The notes beneath the pieces were generated by a model. That model was not told the origin of the DNA and made no database searches. It saw only the letters and a list, made by a program, of their open reading frames with translations. Shown here piece after piece: positions 39,709 to 50,666 of a DNA stretch of 64,000 bases (within the stretch, counting starts at the first letter, position 1; every line of letters starts with the position of its first letter). This DNA comes from Escherichia phage T5: sequence record NC_005859.1; one strand, 5' to 3'. The position numbers were made by a program, and so were the translations under genes.

Positions 39709-40604
39709 TATTTTCTTTCTCCAAAGAAGTTTATTTCTACAGGGTCTGAATCAGCAGTAGGGATTACGTCATACTCTACCTGATACAAATCTGAGAAGTT
39801 TAGGCGTTTTGAAATACGTGCTAAAGGGAATGTTATAGAAACATATTTATTTTTAATAATTAGTGGAGTTCTTGTTTCAGGATCTAGATTCAAGAACTTA
39901 TCTCCTACCAATCTCTTAACATAATAGAAAGCTAGCGTTGCGGAAGCATTCATCTCATTGACATAAGCTCGTTTATTAGTATAAATTTTATTTATATCAA
40001 ATATATTTCTATCTTCTCTCCAAGAACATTGTTGCTGGAAAGACATAGATGCTGAAATTAGCGCTGGCAACGGAGAGCTATTAGTGTACACAGCAGGAGC
40101 GCTATATGGAAGAACTTCACCCTGTGTAATTGTATATCCATCTCGGAAAGTAGATACTTCAGAGAATTTTCCAGACTCAATACCAACATTTAGGATCGGT
40201 ATACTCTTATCTAGAGAAAAATCAACTGTTGATACATAACAGTTTTCGAAATAAATACAGCTATTATTATGATTAATAATATACATATTGAACATAATAG
40301 GTTCAATATTGGGAGTATTTCTTGGCAAAAATAAAGAATTTCCCTCACGCGTGAATCCCATCCAATCAAAGAAGTTAGATTCAATAAGCGTAGTACTGAA
40401 ATTTATTGCCAATGAAATAGATGAAGGATCTTGAGCATTAATAATAGAGTCTGCATAGTTTGTACGATTATGAATAGTACGTCTAAGAGTTTTAAACTCT
40501 TGAAAAGACGTACTAGCGTCATAGTTAGAGAGGGCATCGAAATGATACCCTCTACCGTCATACTCAATAACTATTTTAGACTCTCGCATGAGAGAATAAA
40601 ACAT
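39708..40604 (-). CDS. hypothetical structural protein
   Basis: 298-aa ORF coupled downstream of tail tube gene. Confidence 0.55.
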   Translation of the reverse strand: MFYSLMRESKIVIEYDGRGYHFDALSNYDASTSFQEFKTLRRTIHNRTNYADSIINAQDPSSISLAINFSTTLIESNFFDWMGFTREGNSLFLPRNTPNIEPIMFNMYIINHNNSCIYFENCYVSTVDFSLDKSIPILNVGIESGKFSEVSTFRDGYTITQGEVLPYSAPAVYTNSSPLPALISASMSFQQQCSWREDRNIFDINKIYTNKRAYVNEMNASATLAFYYVKRLVGDKFLNLDPETRTPLIIKNKYVSITFPLARISKRLNFSDLYQVEYDVIPTADSDPVEINFFGERK

Positions 40605-40608
40605 TTAA

Positions 40609-42003
40609 TTAACCACCTGCTGTTACAGTAATAACTTTAGTGCCTTTAACACCAGAGCCGTCTTTAGCCGTGGCTTCAACAGTTACCGCACCGGTTTTAC
40701 TAGCATCTGCTCTTAGTAACCCTGTTGCATTGATAGTAGCTGCATCACCGGCAGTGATAGCCCAAGTAACTTCCTTATTCCTTGCGGAAGAAGGAGTAAC
40801 TTCAACACTCATCTGAAGAGTAGCTGATCGATTTAATGTAGTAACATTTCCAGCAGACTTAACAGTAATTGCGGTTACAGCATCAGTAGCACCGTCACCA
40901 TTAACAATTAGATTATTAATAGTTGTTCTAGTATACTTACTAGAGAAGCCTAAGTAACCTTCGTCACCAGCATCCAGATCTGACGGAATAGCCTTAAATT
41001 CTACTGAAGTACCAAGTACATCATCAGTCTCAATAGTAGGAATATTAACGTGCGCCTGTTTAGCTACTAGAATAGCTGCAGGACGTTCATCATCATACTC
41101 GCCACCAAGTACTAGGGCGATTTCAAAGCGGTTAACTACCTTCAGAGTTTTGATAAGATCTTTATACAGTTCCATAGAACCAAGAGATTTATCATTCAGG
41201 TAAGCAGTTAATGAACCAGTTAATTCAAAAGCACCAGTAAAGGAACCAATTGGAATAGTAACACGGGACATTACATTAGGTGTTAGGTAAGTAATGTTGT
41301 TGTTAATAGTAAAAGTACCACCGGTAATTGGTATATCATAAGACTTATTGGTATCCATGTCCTTGATCTTCAAGATCGTTAGTTTGTTCTTAATGTAAGA
41401 ACCCTGGATAGTCATATAAGTTTCATCATCAATACCTATTTGATCTGGATCAAATGGTTGCTCATCCAGTGGGATTAGCTGGTTACCATTACCAGACCAA
41501 GTTACACGACCAATATCTTCAATATCAACGTTAACTTCTGCCTGATTAATCTGACAGGAATCGATATAACTCCACGTTTTATCAGTCAGAATGTAAATAT
41601 GTAGCATTGCTAACTCATGATAGGAATTATCTTTAAAGTTAACCATGAAGTTAGTAGCATTATTATGTGCTCCAGTAGTTCCTTCAAGATTAATAGCTCT
41701 ACCACTAGAAAGTGCATGCCATAACATATAGTCAGGAACAATTTGTTTGCTAGTATTTTTATCTTTATACGGCAGGATATAAGTAGAGAAACTCCACTCA
41801 GCTGCGTTTAAAGAGTCGTTAAAACGTTTAGAACCACGAGTTGGACGCGGACCAGCTTCATTAACAGTAATATCTGTTGAGTTACTGTCCTGACCCCAAG
41901 AAATATCATCCTGAACTAGAATCTCTTGCGTGTTGGTCTTATTATGACCAGTCTTAACCGTAGACACGAAGATTCGAGTATTACGTAATAGTTGTAAAGA
42001 CAT
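40609..42003 (-). CDS. major tail tube protein (pb6-like) with C-terminal Ig-like domain
   Basis: 464 aa, same length as T5 pb6; C-terminal Big_2-like ...VTVEATAKDGSGVKGTKVITVTAGG. Confidence 0.8.
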   Translation of the reverse strand: MSLQLLRNTRIFVSTVKTGHNKTNTQEILVQDDISWGQDSNSTDITVNEAGPRPTRGSKRFNDSLNAAEWSFSTYILPYKDKNTSKQIVPDYMLWHALSSGRAINLEGTTGAHNNATNFMVNFKDNSYHELAMLHIYILTDKTWSYIDSCQINQAEVNVDIEDIGRVTWSGNGNQLIPLDEQPFDPDQIGIDDETYMTIQGSYIKNKLTILKIKDMDTNKSYDIPITGGTFTINNNITYLTPNVMSRVTIPIGSFTGAFELTGSLTAYLNDKSLGSMELYKDLIKTLKVVNRFEIALVLGGEYDDERPAAILVAKQAHVNIPTIETDDVLGTSVEFKAIPSDLDAGDEGYLGFSSKYTRTTINNLIVNGDGATDAVTAITVKSAGNVTTLNRSATLQMSVEVTPSSARNKEVTWAITAGDAATINATGLLRADASKTGAVTVEATAKDGSGVKGTKVITVTAGG

Positions 42004-42029
42004 TTAATTATTTTCTCCTAATCTGTAAC

Positions 42030-42515
42030 TTATCTGCGAAGTGACCTACGTGGAGGCTGATACCTCACTGTTACATTTATTTCTGCTAAACCATATGGGG
42101 CCAGTAGACCCTCATCTGTACTAACTGATGTAATGATCATATCAGTTGCCTCACATGGGAAGGTCGATCCATTAGGTTTACTAACAGTATATTCTAAATT
42201 TCCACCTGTGTCAATAACGGTTTTTATATCCGCTACGAGTTTTTCAAGTTGCTCTTGAATGTCTGTTTTCTCTTTATCGTACACCAGGATTGGAAGTTCT
42301 AAAAACATCCACTGTTGGCCTGAAGGAAGATACTGCCCAGTTTCAGTTCCGATATGAACTGCTACATAAGGAAACTCTCGTATTTCCTCAAATTTATAAG
42401 TTTGACGAGAAACGTTTCCATATAGGTTATTAAAATATTCGTCAGGTTGAGAACCATCCATTTGTTTAGAGATTCGGTCAACCATAGCTTGTGCAATACT
42501 TGTTCTATGATCCAT
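42030..42515 (-). CDS. tail terminator-like protein
   Basis: 161-aa ORF directly upstream of tail tube gene. Confidence 0.55.
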   Translation of the reverse strand: MDHRTSIAQAMVDRISKQMDGSQPDEYFNNLYGNVSRQTYKFEEIREFPYVAVHIGTETGQYLPSGQQWMFLELPILVYDKEKTDIQEQLEKLVADIKTVIDTGGNLEYTVSKPNGSTFPCEATDMIITSVSTDEGLLAPYGLAEINVTVRYQPPRRSLRR

Positions 42516-42518
42516 TTA

Positions 42519-43286
42519 TTAGGTTCCTTGATTAACCTTAATTTTATATCTGGAGTGAATCAGGTCTCTTGCAGCTTTTGCTATAGCCTCACCAATAAGT
42601 TTTTGTGGGTTTCTAGCGCCAGGATAAGGTCGTAGGGATAATCTTCTATATGTAGATACTGCCGGATTGAACACAGAATATGGACGAGTCATATAGTTAT
42701 ATGTTACGTTTAATTCAGGAGAGCCTTTACTAGTTTCAGAATCACGAAGCATAACATCTTTAATTTTTAAAGAGTTTGCAAAGCGACCAGTTCTAAACTT
42801 TAATGGTGCTCCAGCTTTTTTCATATCCTTTATTAAGTATTCTTTAGCAACTATTTCTAGTATAATCTTCATATTGCTGTTAGACACAAAACGTCCAGAA
42901 GCACCTGTTACTGCACCAGAATATCCATCTTCAACATCACTAGGATCACCAAAGTTTACCTGTACCCTACCAGTAGAACGTTTTTTACCTACTGAGGATT
43001 TTTTACCGGCGGTTGCTTGTATTAGATTCTCCAGAGCACCTAAATCTCCAGAAAGATCTAAACTAGAGGATACAGCTTTTAGTATAGAAGCTGTCCTAAT
43101 GTTAAGGAGATCTTGTGATACAGGTTTTGAAAACTTAAAGGATACTTGAGCAACAGTACCATCTCTGGTAGGATCTTTTAACCCTGTTTCAACAGAGTAT
43201 ACAACAGTATTCTTATTGTTTTCAGATCGGCTTGCAGTATCTAGCTGCTCTTTAATAATTTGTCTAGCTAGATCAGAAAGAGACAT
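42519..43286 (-). CDS. tail completion / neck protein
   Basis: 255-aa ORF in head-tail joining position. Confidence 0.5.
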   Translation of the reverse strand: MSLSDLARQIIKEQLDTASRSENNKNTVVYSVETGLKDPTRDGTVAQVSFKFSKPVSQDLLNIRTASILKAVSSSLDLSGDLGALENLIQATAGKKSSVGKKRSTGRVQVNFGDPSDVEDGYSGAVTGASGRFVSNSNMKIILEIVAKEYLIKDMKKAGAPLKFRTGRFANSLKIKDVMLRDSETSKGSPELNVTYNYMTRPYSVFNPAVSTYRRLSLRPYPGARNPQKLIGEAIAKAARDLIHSRYKIKVNQGT

Positions 43287-43798
43287 TATACTCTCCTATA
43301 CACTTCAATAATAGTACGAATATGCTCTGGAATACCAGATTTAGTGTTATTGAAGGTTACTGTTTCACCACCAATTGTTCTAGCTTGGCGATAATCTTGT
43401 TTGTGCCAATGATCTACTAGCATACATGCTGCAAGTTTGAGATCCTCAGGCATTGGGTTAAACCCACCCTGTGTATATTCTACGTCCATATAACCTTCTG
43501 GAGGATTAAATTTAAGAAGTATAACCCCATCAGAATACAACTTATACTGTTCAGGATCTATCTCCTTATCATTAATAGTCATTTTGGTTACTGAAGTAGC
43601 TGAGGGAGAACTTAAAAAGTATTTTTTACGAGTAGGTTTTGTAGTGATTAACTGGTCTACTGCGTCAGCATCATCCATACCTAAAAGGCTAGTAATCAGC
43701 GCATTGGCAGCAGTAATCATCACCTCTACTCCAGATTCTAGTTCCGGTCGTTTTAAACCACCATATAATCTATAGTCTTCAGCTGTGATTATTTGCAT
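43286..43798 (-). CDS. head completion / head-tail connector protein
   Basis: 170-aa ORF; first gene after the post-capsid terminator. Confidence 0.5.
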   Translation of the reverse strand: MQIITAEDYRLYGGLKRPELESGVEVMITAANALITSLLGMDDADAVDQLITTKPTRKKYFLSSPSATSVTKMTINDKEIDPEQYKLYSDGVILLKFNPPEGYMDVEYTQGGFNPMPEDLKLAACMLVDHWHKQDYRQARTIGGETVTFNNTKSGIPEHIRTIIEVYRRV

Positions 43799-43810
43799 TT
43801 ATTTTTCCCA

Positions 43811-43838
43811 ATAAAAAAGGAGAGCCGAAGCTCTCCTT
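43811..43838 (-). terminator. rho-independent terminator after major capsid gene
   Basis: minus-strand hairpin aaggagagc-ttcg-gctctcctt followed by TTTTTTATT. Confidence 0.8.
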
Positions 43839-43857
43839 ATCGGCTGAAAAGCCTGTA

Positions 43858-45234
43858 TTAAGACGCAGCGTAAGTACCAGATACAACGCCATTTGCAAAG
43901 TAACGTTGCAGGTTAACACGCTGAGTAACGTAGTACGCATCACGCTGTTTACCAGCTTGGCGCTCACGTTCAACAGTAACAGCGCGCTGACGTGGCATTA
44001 CGAAGTTATCTTTATAAACAATAACTGCGAACTCTGCTGAGTTAGCTTTAGCTGGGAAATACTCGGAAACTACAACCGGCAGACCATAAATACGACCAAC
44101 CTGACCTTGCAGTTTAACAGAATCGTTACCAACCTGGGCAACATCCTGCCATTCTTCATCTTCCAGCAGATCGTAGTAAGCATCCATAGATACGATCAGT
44201 ACCAGTTTGCTCAGTTTCAGACCATGACGACCCAGTTTACGACGCAGTTTGGAGATAGTTTTAGCAGTTACTAGAACAGAACCATCAGCTTTAGCCTCAG
44301 TAACAACCTTAGCACTATCTTCACTAGCAAGGGTCAGCAGACCTTTCGGCTTACCAGAACCATCACCAGTCATGAAAGCTTCTTCGATAGAAACAGCGTG
44401 TGCTTCAATCAGACGCTTACGCAACAGCGGCAGCAGGGAGAAGATTGCATCTTCTTCAGTTTCATCAGTAATAAAGGACTTGGCAGCCAGTTTGTAAGTA
44501 CTGAAGTGGATTTCTTTAAGAGCTCCTTTAACTTCCTCACCAGTAGTTGTATCGGTACCATAAGTAGAAGCAGCAACCCAAGTAGCTTTACCAGCATCCG
44601 GTTCAACCAGCATAGTAAGAATCTTACTGGACATCGGCAGTTCTTCGAACAGTGCGCCAACTACCAGCTCTTTCTGCAGGTCGCGGATAATACGCTGAGA
44701 GAAAATAGTTTCATAGCTTTCACTAGAAACTTCTACGGAAGAAGACTGATTCACTGCTTTCAGGTGTCTCTGACCATGCTCGGTCTCGAATACGCCTTTT
44801 TCCATTACATAAGATAACAGAACCAGTTTTTCTACTTCGTCTTCAAAGTTTTCCTGAGTACCATACAGTGCTTTAGCTACGCTATCACCGACGAAGGAAC
44901 GACCTTCACGAGCTGTCAGCAGAGATTTGATTTCATCCTGAAGACCAACAATAGTTTCCTGCTGTTTTTCTACTGTCTGCGCAAACAGTTCATTACTCTT
45001 CTTAGATTTCTCATCCAGCGACTTAACCAGTTCCAGAGCCTCTTCCAGACGCTTACGGTCTTCGCCAACTGCTTTAGAAACCAGGTCATTCATACGAGCC
45101 AGTTCTTTTTCTTCCTGCTCTTTACGCATACGTTCAGCTTCCTGAGCTTTCTGAGCAGCGGTCAGACCTTCCAGAGATTTAGCCAGATCACCCAGACCAA
45201 GTTCTTCTTTCAGCTTATTAATATCAATAGTCAT
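43858..45234 (-). CDS. major capsid protein (pb8-like, HK97 fold expected)
   Basis: 458 aa, same length as T5 pb8; optimised codons; strong terminator downstream. Confidence 0.85.
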   Translation of the reverse strand: MTIDINKLKEELGLGDLAKSLEGLTAAQKAQEAERMRKEQEEKELARMNDLVSKAVGEDRKRLEEALELVKSLDEKSKKSNELFAQTVEKQQETIVGLQDEIKSLLTAREGRSFVGDSVAKALYGTQENFEDEVEKLVLLSYVMEKGVFETEHGQRHLKAVNQSSSVEVSSESYETIFSQRIIRDLQKELVVGALFEELPMSSKILTMLVEPDAGKATWVAASTYGTDTTTGEEVKGALKEIHFSTYKLAAKSFITDETEEDAIFSLLPLLRKRLIEAHAVSIEEAFMTGDGSGKPKGLLTLASEDSAKVVTEAKADGSVLVTAKTISKLRRKLGRHGLKLSKLVLIVSMDAYYDLLEDEEWQDVAQVGNDSVKLQGQVGRIYGLPVVVSEYFPAKANSAEFAVIVYKDNFVMPRQRAVTVERERQAGKQRDAYYVTQRVNLQRYFANGVVSGTYAAS

Positions 45235-45251
45235 TTTTAAATAATTCTCCG

Positions 45252-45884
45252 TTATTCTTTAACGTAGCCTAAAGCTATCGCAAGTTTTTCTAGTTCAGAA
45301 AGATTACGTTCTTGAGCTGGGACAGCTTTAGAACTTATTGCAGTAAAAGATTTACGCCATTCAGTATAATCATGACCATTCATGCTCTTAGCGAGATTGA
45401 ATGTTGAGTCCTGATTACAAGGTACAGAAACTACCGAAACTTCGTATAGTTCTAAATCTTTAATAATAAATATATCAGTAGCTTCATCCCACTCTGCATC
45501 TAGGCAGCGGAATCCGATACTAAAAGTTTTCAGTACACCGTTTTTAATTAGTGAAAAGATAGCCGGGTCAGAACTTTCATTGATCTCACATTCGATTTCG
45601 AGACCCATTTCAGTAGGGTTAAGATCAATACACTTACCGATTGGACGACGATGATCGTGTCCGAAAAGAATAATCGGGTTTTTCATGTAGTTAGTAAGTG
45701 CATTAGACGTTTTCCACGCAGAAGCAGGAATTACATCACCAGCGCGATCTTTACTAATTGTGTTAGCGAATCCACGGATTTTTACAACACCTTCTTTGGA
45801 TTCGCTATCAATAGATTTAATATAAGCATCTAAATGAACGGGTGCTGATTTTAACTTGTTATAGTCAATAGCAGCTTGTGTCAT
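45252..45884 (-). CDS. prohead maturation protease (pb11-like)
   Basis: 210 aa, same length as T5 pb11; adjacent to capsid gene. Confidence 0.75.
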   Translation of the reverse strand: MTQAAIDYNKLKSAPVHLDAYIKSIDSESKEGVVKIRGFANTISKDRAGDVIPASAWKTSNALTNYMKNPIILFGHDHRRPIGKCIDLNPTEMGLEIECEINESSDPAIFSLIKNGVLKTFSIGFRCLDAEWDEATDIFIIKDLELYEVSVVSVPCNQDSTFNLAKSMNGHDYTEWRKSFTAISSKAVPAQERNLSELEKLAIALGYVKE

Positions 45885-45887
45885 TTA

Positions 45888-46382
45888 TTAGCCTCCAGGA
45901 ACAGTAGGATTAACTGTCACAGCACATGTAGTAGAATCCTTACTTACTTGCTTACTATCTGTTACAGTTACTTTATAAGAGCCGGCATCCTCAGCTGCTG
46001 CTGTAGGCTTAGTATAGGTAGCTCCTGAAGCATCCGGAATAGGAGAACCATCTTTAGTCCATGCATAAGTATATGGACCAGTACCACCAGTTGCAGTAAC
46101 AGAAAGTGTTAATGCTGCTCCCTCTTCAACTGACATGCTAGCAGTTAAATCTTTAGAAAGAGTTAATGGTGGAGCCGGTGGGGCCGGAGGAATTGCTTTA
46201 CCATAAGCCTCTACAAATTTCTTCCATACTTTACGGTTAGTATGCGCAGATGAAAGCCCTAGTTCTCTACGCAGAAAAGCATAGCTAGGAACATATTTAT
46301 GCGCAGCAACCGTAGCAAAGAAGATATGAGATTCTGGTAGTTTTTCACCAAAAATGGTCCTTAGACCACTATAATCAATCAT
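45888..46382 (-). CDS. capsid decoration protein (pb10-like) with Ig-like domain
   Basis: 164 aa; C-terminal TLSVTATGGTGPYTYAWTKDG Ig-like segment. Confidence 0.7.
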   Translation of the reverse strand: MIDYSGLRTIFGEKLPESHIFFATVAAHKYVPSYAFLRRELGLSSAHTNRKVWKKFVEAYGKAIPPAPPAPPLTLSKDLTASMSVEEGAALTLSVTATGGTGPYTYAWTKDGSPIPDASGATYTKPTAAAEDAGSYKVTVTDSKQVSKDSTTCAVTVNPTVPGG

Positions 46383-46384
46383 TC

Positions 46385-47596
46385 TTAATCTCCCTCGGTG
46401 GAACCTTTAGGTCTACCACCTTCTTGACCAGATACACCTGTTGCAGAACCAGCGACGTTAGCAGGAATACGGATCTTATTCATCTGCTCATCATCTAAAG
46501 GCTCCAGGTTCAGCTCTGAACGAGCTTCGTTACCGGTTATAATACCATTATTAACCAATGAGGTTAAATGTTTAGCCTCTGCTTCTTTATCTGGTGTTAA
46601 TGCTGCGACTTCCTTAGTATTAGGAGTGATCTTATAACCAAAAAAGAAAGTAAGAGAACTAGTCAGTTTGTTCAGCATAGGAATGATAGTCATATAATAG
46701 AACAATTCGATGTTTGGTCGAATATTCGCATTATTACCACCATCAAGCAGTACTTGCGGAACTCCAAAGGCTAGACAAATAGATTTATTAAACCCTTCTA
46801 TGTCTTCCTTAAAGTCTAGATCTTTAAAAGAGGATATTTGGGAGTACGGTTTAGCTTTCATACCACCATCTAGAATCAGGACAGAGGACTGACCCGTACT
46901 AGGATTATAATCGAGTTGTAATTCTTCTTGTTTACGCTCACGCAATTTCTTGTTCAGGATTTCATCCGTCTCAAGAATAAGACCAATCACGGTTCCGTTA
47001 TCGAGGAATTTCTCTTTAAAGTTAAGCATCTTAGAACGCTTCTCAAGAGAATCAATAACAGTAGCAACACGAGATTGGCCAGAAATTTGAGAGTTTGTGC
47101 CACACACGTAACTGTTATCCTTTATAAAGATAATCTCATCTACGCGATAGTTTATCTGATTATTAAATATAAATTTTTTGATAAACTTATTGGCATCTGC
47201 CTCGACCTGCATAAGAGCGGCCGGGACATGGTAAAGCGATGTGCCATCCCAATAGATGTATGCACAACCTTCAAAAAGTAGGTCAGTGACTACAAGTCTA
47301 CGGAATGTGCTTATATCCATGAATGGATTAGGTCGTACATTTAAGAGAGTGTCTAGAGTCTTTGTTTTGACGCCATTAGCGTACGTAACAATATTATATT
47401 TATCTCCGACAGTATAAGAACACTCCGCCGCACTATCTATAACCATATTAGCAGTTCTATTGAGAATCTCAATTTTACTGTAGGCTTGTCCAGTGGTAAA
47501 AGGCTTACGGTTAGTGCGATGACTAACTGGTTCCATGTCTCTTATAATACGTTGACCCGGATTTAGCTTTTCAGTAATCCAGCTTTTAAAACCCAT
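46385..47596 (-). CDS. portal protein (pb7-like)
   Basis: 403 aa, same length as T5 pb7; between terminase and protease. Confidence 0.8.
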   Translation of the reverse strand: MGFKSWITEKLNPGQRIIRDMEPVSHRTNRKPFTTGQAYSKIEILNRTANMVIDSAAECSYTVGDKYNIVTYANGVKTKTLDTLLNVRPNPFMDISTFRRLVVTDLLFEGCAYIYWDGTSLYHVPAALMQVEADANKFIKKFIFNNQINYRVDEIIFIKDNSYVCGTNSQISGQSRVATVIDSLEKRSKMLNFKEKFLDNGTVIGLILETDEILNKKLRERKQEELQLDYNPSTGQSSVLILDGGMKAKPYSQISSFKDLDFKEDIEGFNKSICLAFGVPQVLLDGGNNANIRPNIELFYYMTIIPMLNKLTSSLTFFFGYKITPNTKEVAALTPDKEAEAKHLTSLVNNGIITGNEARSELNLEPLDDEQMNKIRIPANVAGSATGVSGQEGGRPKGSTEGD

Positions 47597-48048
47597 TATA
47601 AGAACCTTGCGAATCCTGATTTTGTTTCAGTCTTGACTTGTGTCTTTTCTTGAGGATTCTGTATTTTGTCTTTCTGCTTTTGAACCCATGCTTTCTGTTT
47701 ATTAGCAGAAAATAATGGAGGTTCTTTCGTGTAAACCTTATGTAATAATTGGTGATGGTGCTGGCACAATGTTACCACGTCCCTAACTAACTCATGCTCA
47801 TATTTCTTGTAGAATGCTTCCCTATTTGAAAGGACGATATTCTCATCAGTGAAATCCAGCTGGAGTTCTTTAGCAAATTTTTTTATTAGCTGAGATATAG
47901 TATGATAGTGATGAAGTTCTAGGTCTTCACTACTACCACATATAGCACAGCAACCATCCTTACTATACCTAGATTTTATACCATCCCTCATTATGGAAAT
48001 GGCATCACGTTTGTACTTAGTATTAGTGGCCATACTCCTCCAATCCAA
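47596..48048 (-). CDS. HNH endonuclease
   Basis: 150 aa; CxxC...HHYH...HHHQLLH zinc/HNH motifs. Confidence 0.7.
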   Translation of the reverse strand: MDWRSMATNTKYKRDAISIMRDGIKSRYSKDGCCAICGSSEDLELHHYHTISQLIKKFAKELQLDFTDENIVLSNREAFYKKYEHELVRDVVTLCQHHHQLLHKVYTKEPPLFSANKQKAWVQKQKDKIQNPQEKTQVKTETKSGFARFL

Positions 48049-48856
48049 AGCTATTTAGAAAGATTACTATATCCTCAGGAGCAACATTAAAAAATTCCGT
48101 GCTTCCTGTAAAATTAGAAAACCCACAGTTTTTATTATAATATTCTCTGTGAACTTCCTTTTCTAAATCTAAAGCAGTCTCTCTATCTGGCAGATGATAC
48201 ATGGTGAACAAGTACAGGTCAGAAAATCCAGATTCTCTTTTAACTTCATTCAACCGTTTCTCGGGATATAAGCTTATGCCTACTTTAGTACCGCTAGAGA
48301 AGGACATGATATAGAGGAATCCACCATTCTCCCACTTAAGAGAACAATAAGGACATCTCTTACCTTGAGTCAATCCATCTAAGGTAATGAAACAGTCATG
48401 CCCATTATTGCAGCGTAGATGTAGTTTTGTTTTAGCATTAGTATAGCTGCTTAACAGAGTATACCCTATATTAGATATTCTGTTACTAACTTCATCTAAC
48501 GATATTGTATTATTGGAGCAGTGTGGACAACCTCTCCTCATATGGAGTATAGAATGTGGTGTTGCTTCCCAAACGTGTGCTCTCTGGCATTTAAATACTG
48601 TTTTTGTACGTTGGTTTACATATTCACCGACAATTTGGATTCCACGATCAGCTAATCTAATATTTATATCTTTTATTGTTAGCTTTTGTCGACCCATAGA
48701 ATCTCCTACACCCATGTAGAGCATTAATTTTTCTTGTTTACGTTCTATTATGGGAGAAGTTCTCCCGATCAATGAATATAGTATACATAATCGTATCGAA
48801 TTTGTAAAGGGGATTTTAAAATACAGGAATGGGATACCAACTGAGTAGTATCCCAT
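48023..48856 (-). CDS. putative homing endonuclease-like protein (two zinc-ribbon modules, T5orf172/GIY-YIG-like C-terminus)
   Basis: 277 aa; KCQRAHVW...GCPHCS and RCNNGH...RCPYCS modules; paralog of 38027..38839. Confidence 0.55.
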   Translation of the reverse strand: MGYYSVGIPFLYFKIPFTNSIRLCILYSLIGRTSPIIERKQEKLMLYMGVGDSMGRQKLTIKDINIRLADRGIQIVGEYVNQRTKTVFKCQRAHVWEATPHSILHMRRGCPHCSNNTISLDEVSNRISNIGYTLLSSYTNAKTKLHLRCNNGHDCFITLDGLTQGKRCPYCSLKWENGGFLYIMSFSSGTKVGISLYPEKRLNEVKRESGFSDLYLFTMYHLPDRETALDLEKEVHREYYNKNCGFSNFTGSTEFFNVAPEDIVIFLNSFGLEEYGH

Positions 48857-48867
48857 CCTATACTTAT

Positions 48868-50184
48868 TTATTTACCACGGGAAATAGAGTAAATTCCATA
48901 GCGGAGCGCATCACAAAGGTGAGAGTTAGCATCATGACGTGGTTTTTCACGTGATAATTTCTCTTCGCCTTCTTGGAAGTCCCACTTATAGTTCTGCAAT
49001 GCATGAATTAAGGAGGAACATGAAGCATCTACAATAATCTTGCCCTGCTGGAATAGCGCTTGCAGGCATGCTAGACCATCTAGGACAGACTTTTTAGCTG
49101 GAGCAGATGCAATTTCATGCTCATATGCTAAATCCTGGCGGAACTGAGCTGCTGCAGAGTCAACAAAAATACGATCAACTTTATAACGATCTATACAGTG
49201 CTGAATATAAGCAGCATGCTGAGCTGTAGTTTTCTCCGCCTGCTGGTACTCTTCTAATACATAGTAAGTATCCGTATCGTAATGATATTTAATAGTAAGA
49301 ACTGCTGTAGGATCACGATAACCAACGTCAATACCAAGCAACGTTTCGAATGCTTCATCATCTTTAAAGAAGTGACGCATACCTTTGAGGTCTTTAACAT
49401 GATCGATAGCATTAAAGGTATCAAAGATCTGGCCCTCGAATACAGAGAAGTCAGCCTCGTATTCTTGGCGGAAGTAGTTTTTACTAACTGTACGGCGTGC
49501 TTCCTCAATATCATTCAAGTCAGCACGTGGGTTATCACGATATGTACCATGAATAGATACCCAGTTAGGCAACGTATCATCAAATCCGTAGGCGTAAAAC
49601 TCTTTAAACCAGTTACCTCCACGAGGGGTGGAAATAAATAGAGCCTTAGAATTAGGTTTATCCAGAGTAGGACGCAGCTGAACCCTGAAAGCATCACCAC
49701 CCACATCGGAAATTGCCGCTTCGTCAAAGATGATAAAATCATATGAACGTCCAACTGCGGAGTCAGCCTGCGCCGCAGAAGCTAGTTTGAAGAGCGAGCC
49801 GTTTGCCAGCTCAATCTCTTTATCTTTGGCGTTTTCACGTTCGGTTTGTAGGCCATACTTCTTGATAAGACCACGAATCTGTGACCAACCAATGTTAGCC
49901 AGTGAGTAGTTAGGGGCAACTACTAGTACCTTCACATTAGGTTCCAGCAATTTTAGGAACCCAAGTGTGTATGCGATGAAGGATTTGCCTACACGACGTG
50001 ACACACACGCTGTTACAAAACGATGTCTAGGGTCCTCTAGGGCATTAATAATCGCTATTTGAGGACCATTAGGTGTAATACCTTCTTGTGCTAGTATTCC
50101 TGAAACAGGTAGACGAAAGAAACGTTTATCTATCCCGAAATCGATAACATCTACTGTATTAACGTAGGGTCTTGATACTTCCAT
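48868..50184 (-). CDS. terminase large subunit
   Basis: 438 aa; Walker A CVSRRVGKS; Walker B IIFDEAA; C-terminal RNaseH-like nuclease region. Confidence 0.85.
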   Translation of the reverse strand: MEVSRPYVNTVDVIDFGIDKRFFRLPVSGILAQEGITPNGPQIAIINALEDPRHRFVTACVSRRVGKSFIAYTLGFLKLLEPNVKVLVVAPNYSLANIGWSQIRGLIKKYGLQTERENAKDKEIELANGSLFKLASAAQADSAVGRSYDFIIFDEAAISDVGGDAFRVQLRPTLDKPNSKALFISTPRGGNWFKEFYAYGFDDTLPNWVSIHGTYRDNPRADLNDIEEARRTVSKNYFRQEYEADFSVFEGQIFDTFNAIDHVKDLKGMRHFFKDDEAFETLLGIDVGYRDPTAVLTIKYHYDTDTYYVLEEYQQAEKTTAQHAAYIQHCIDRYKVDRIFVDSAAAQFRQDLAYEHEIASAPAKKSVLDGLACLQALFQQGKIIVDASCSSLIHALQNYKWDFQEGEEKLSREKPRHDANSHLCDALRYGIYSISRGK

Positions 50185-50666
50185 TACTTCTTACCTCCAG
50201 TAGCTAGGGAAGTAATTAAGTCCATGTAGTTTTGATCCCCAGCTCCAGCAATAATATTATTCTGGATGTTGGTCTGGTTAGCTGGAGTACGGGCTGCTGC
50301 CTTCACTTTCTCCAGTTCTACCATCATTTTCATTTCTTCCATTTTCATTTTATGTGCTTTCCAGAGAATATCCATAATATCTTGGTCAGAACCCATGCCA
50401 GTTTCTTCCAGTTCCTCTAGTTTACGCTTGATAACTTCATCCAGAACACCAAATAAACGATCTCTGTTACGGAAACCACTCTCCATAAAAATATCATTTA
50501 AGTAGTTCTTAACTTCACTACGATTCATAATATCTCGAAAAGCAATTTCGGACATTCCAAGACTACGTGCGGCAGAAGGCACGTCGCTGCCACACTGTAA
50601 ATAAGCTTCAATCACATCCATCCCTTCAGGGGACATAAGATCTGGTACTAATACATCATTTGCCAT
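50184..50666 (-). CDS. putative terminase small subunit
   Basis: 160-aa ORF coupled upstream of terminase large subunit. Confidence 0.5.
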
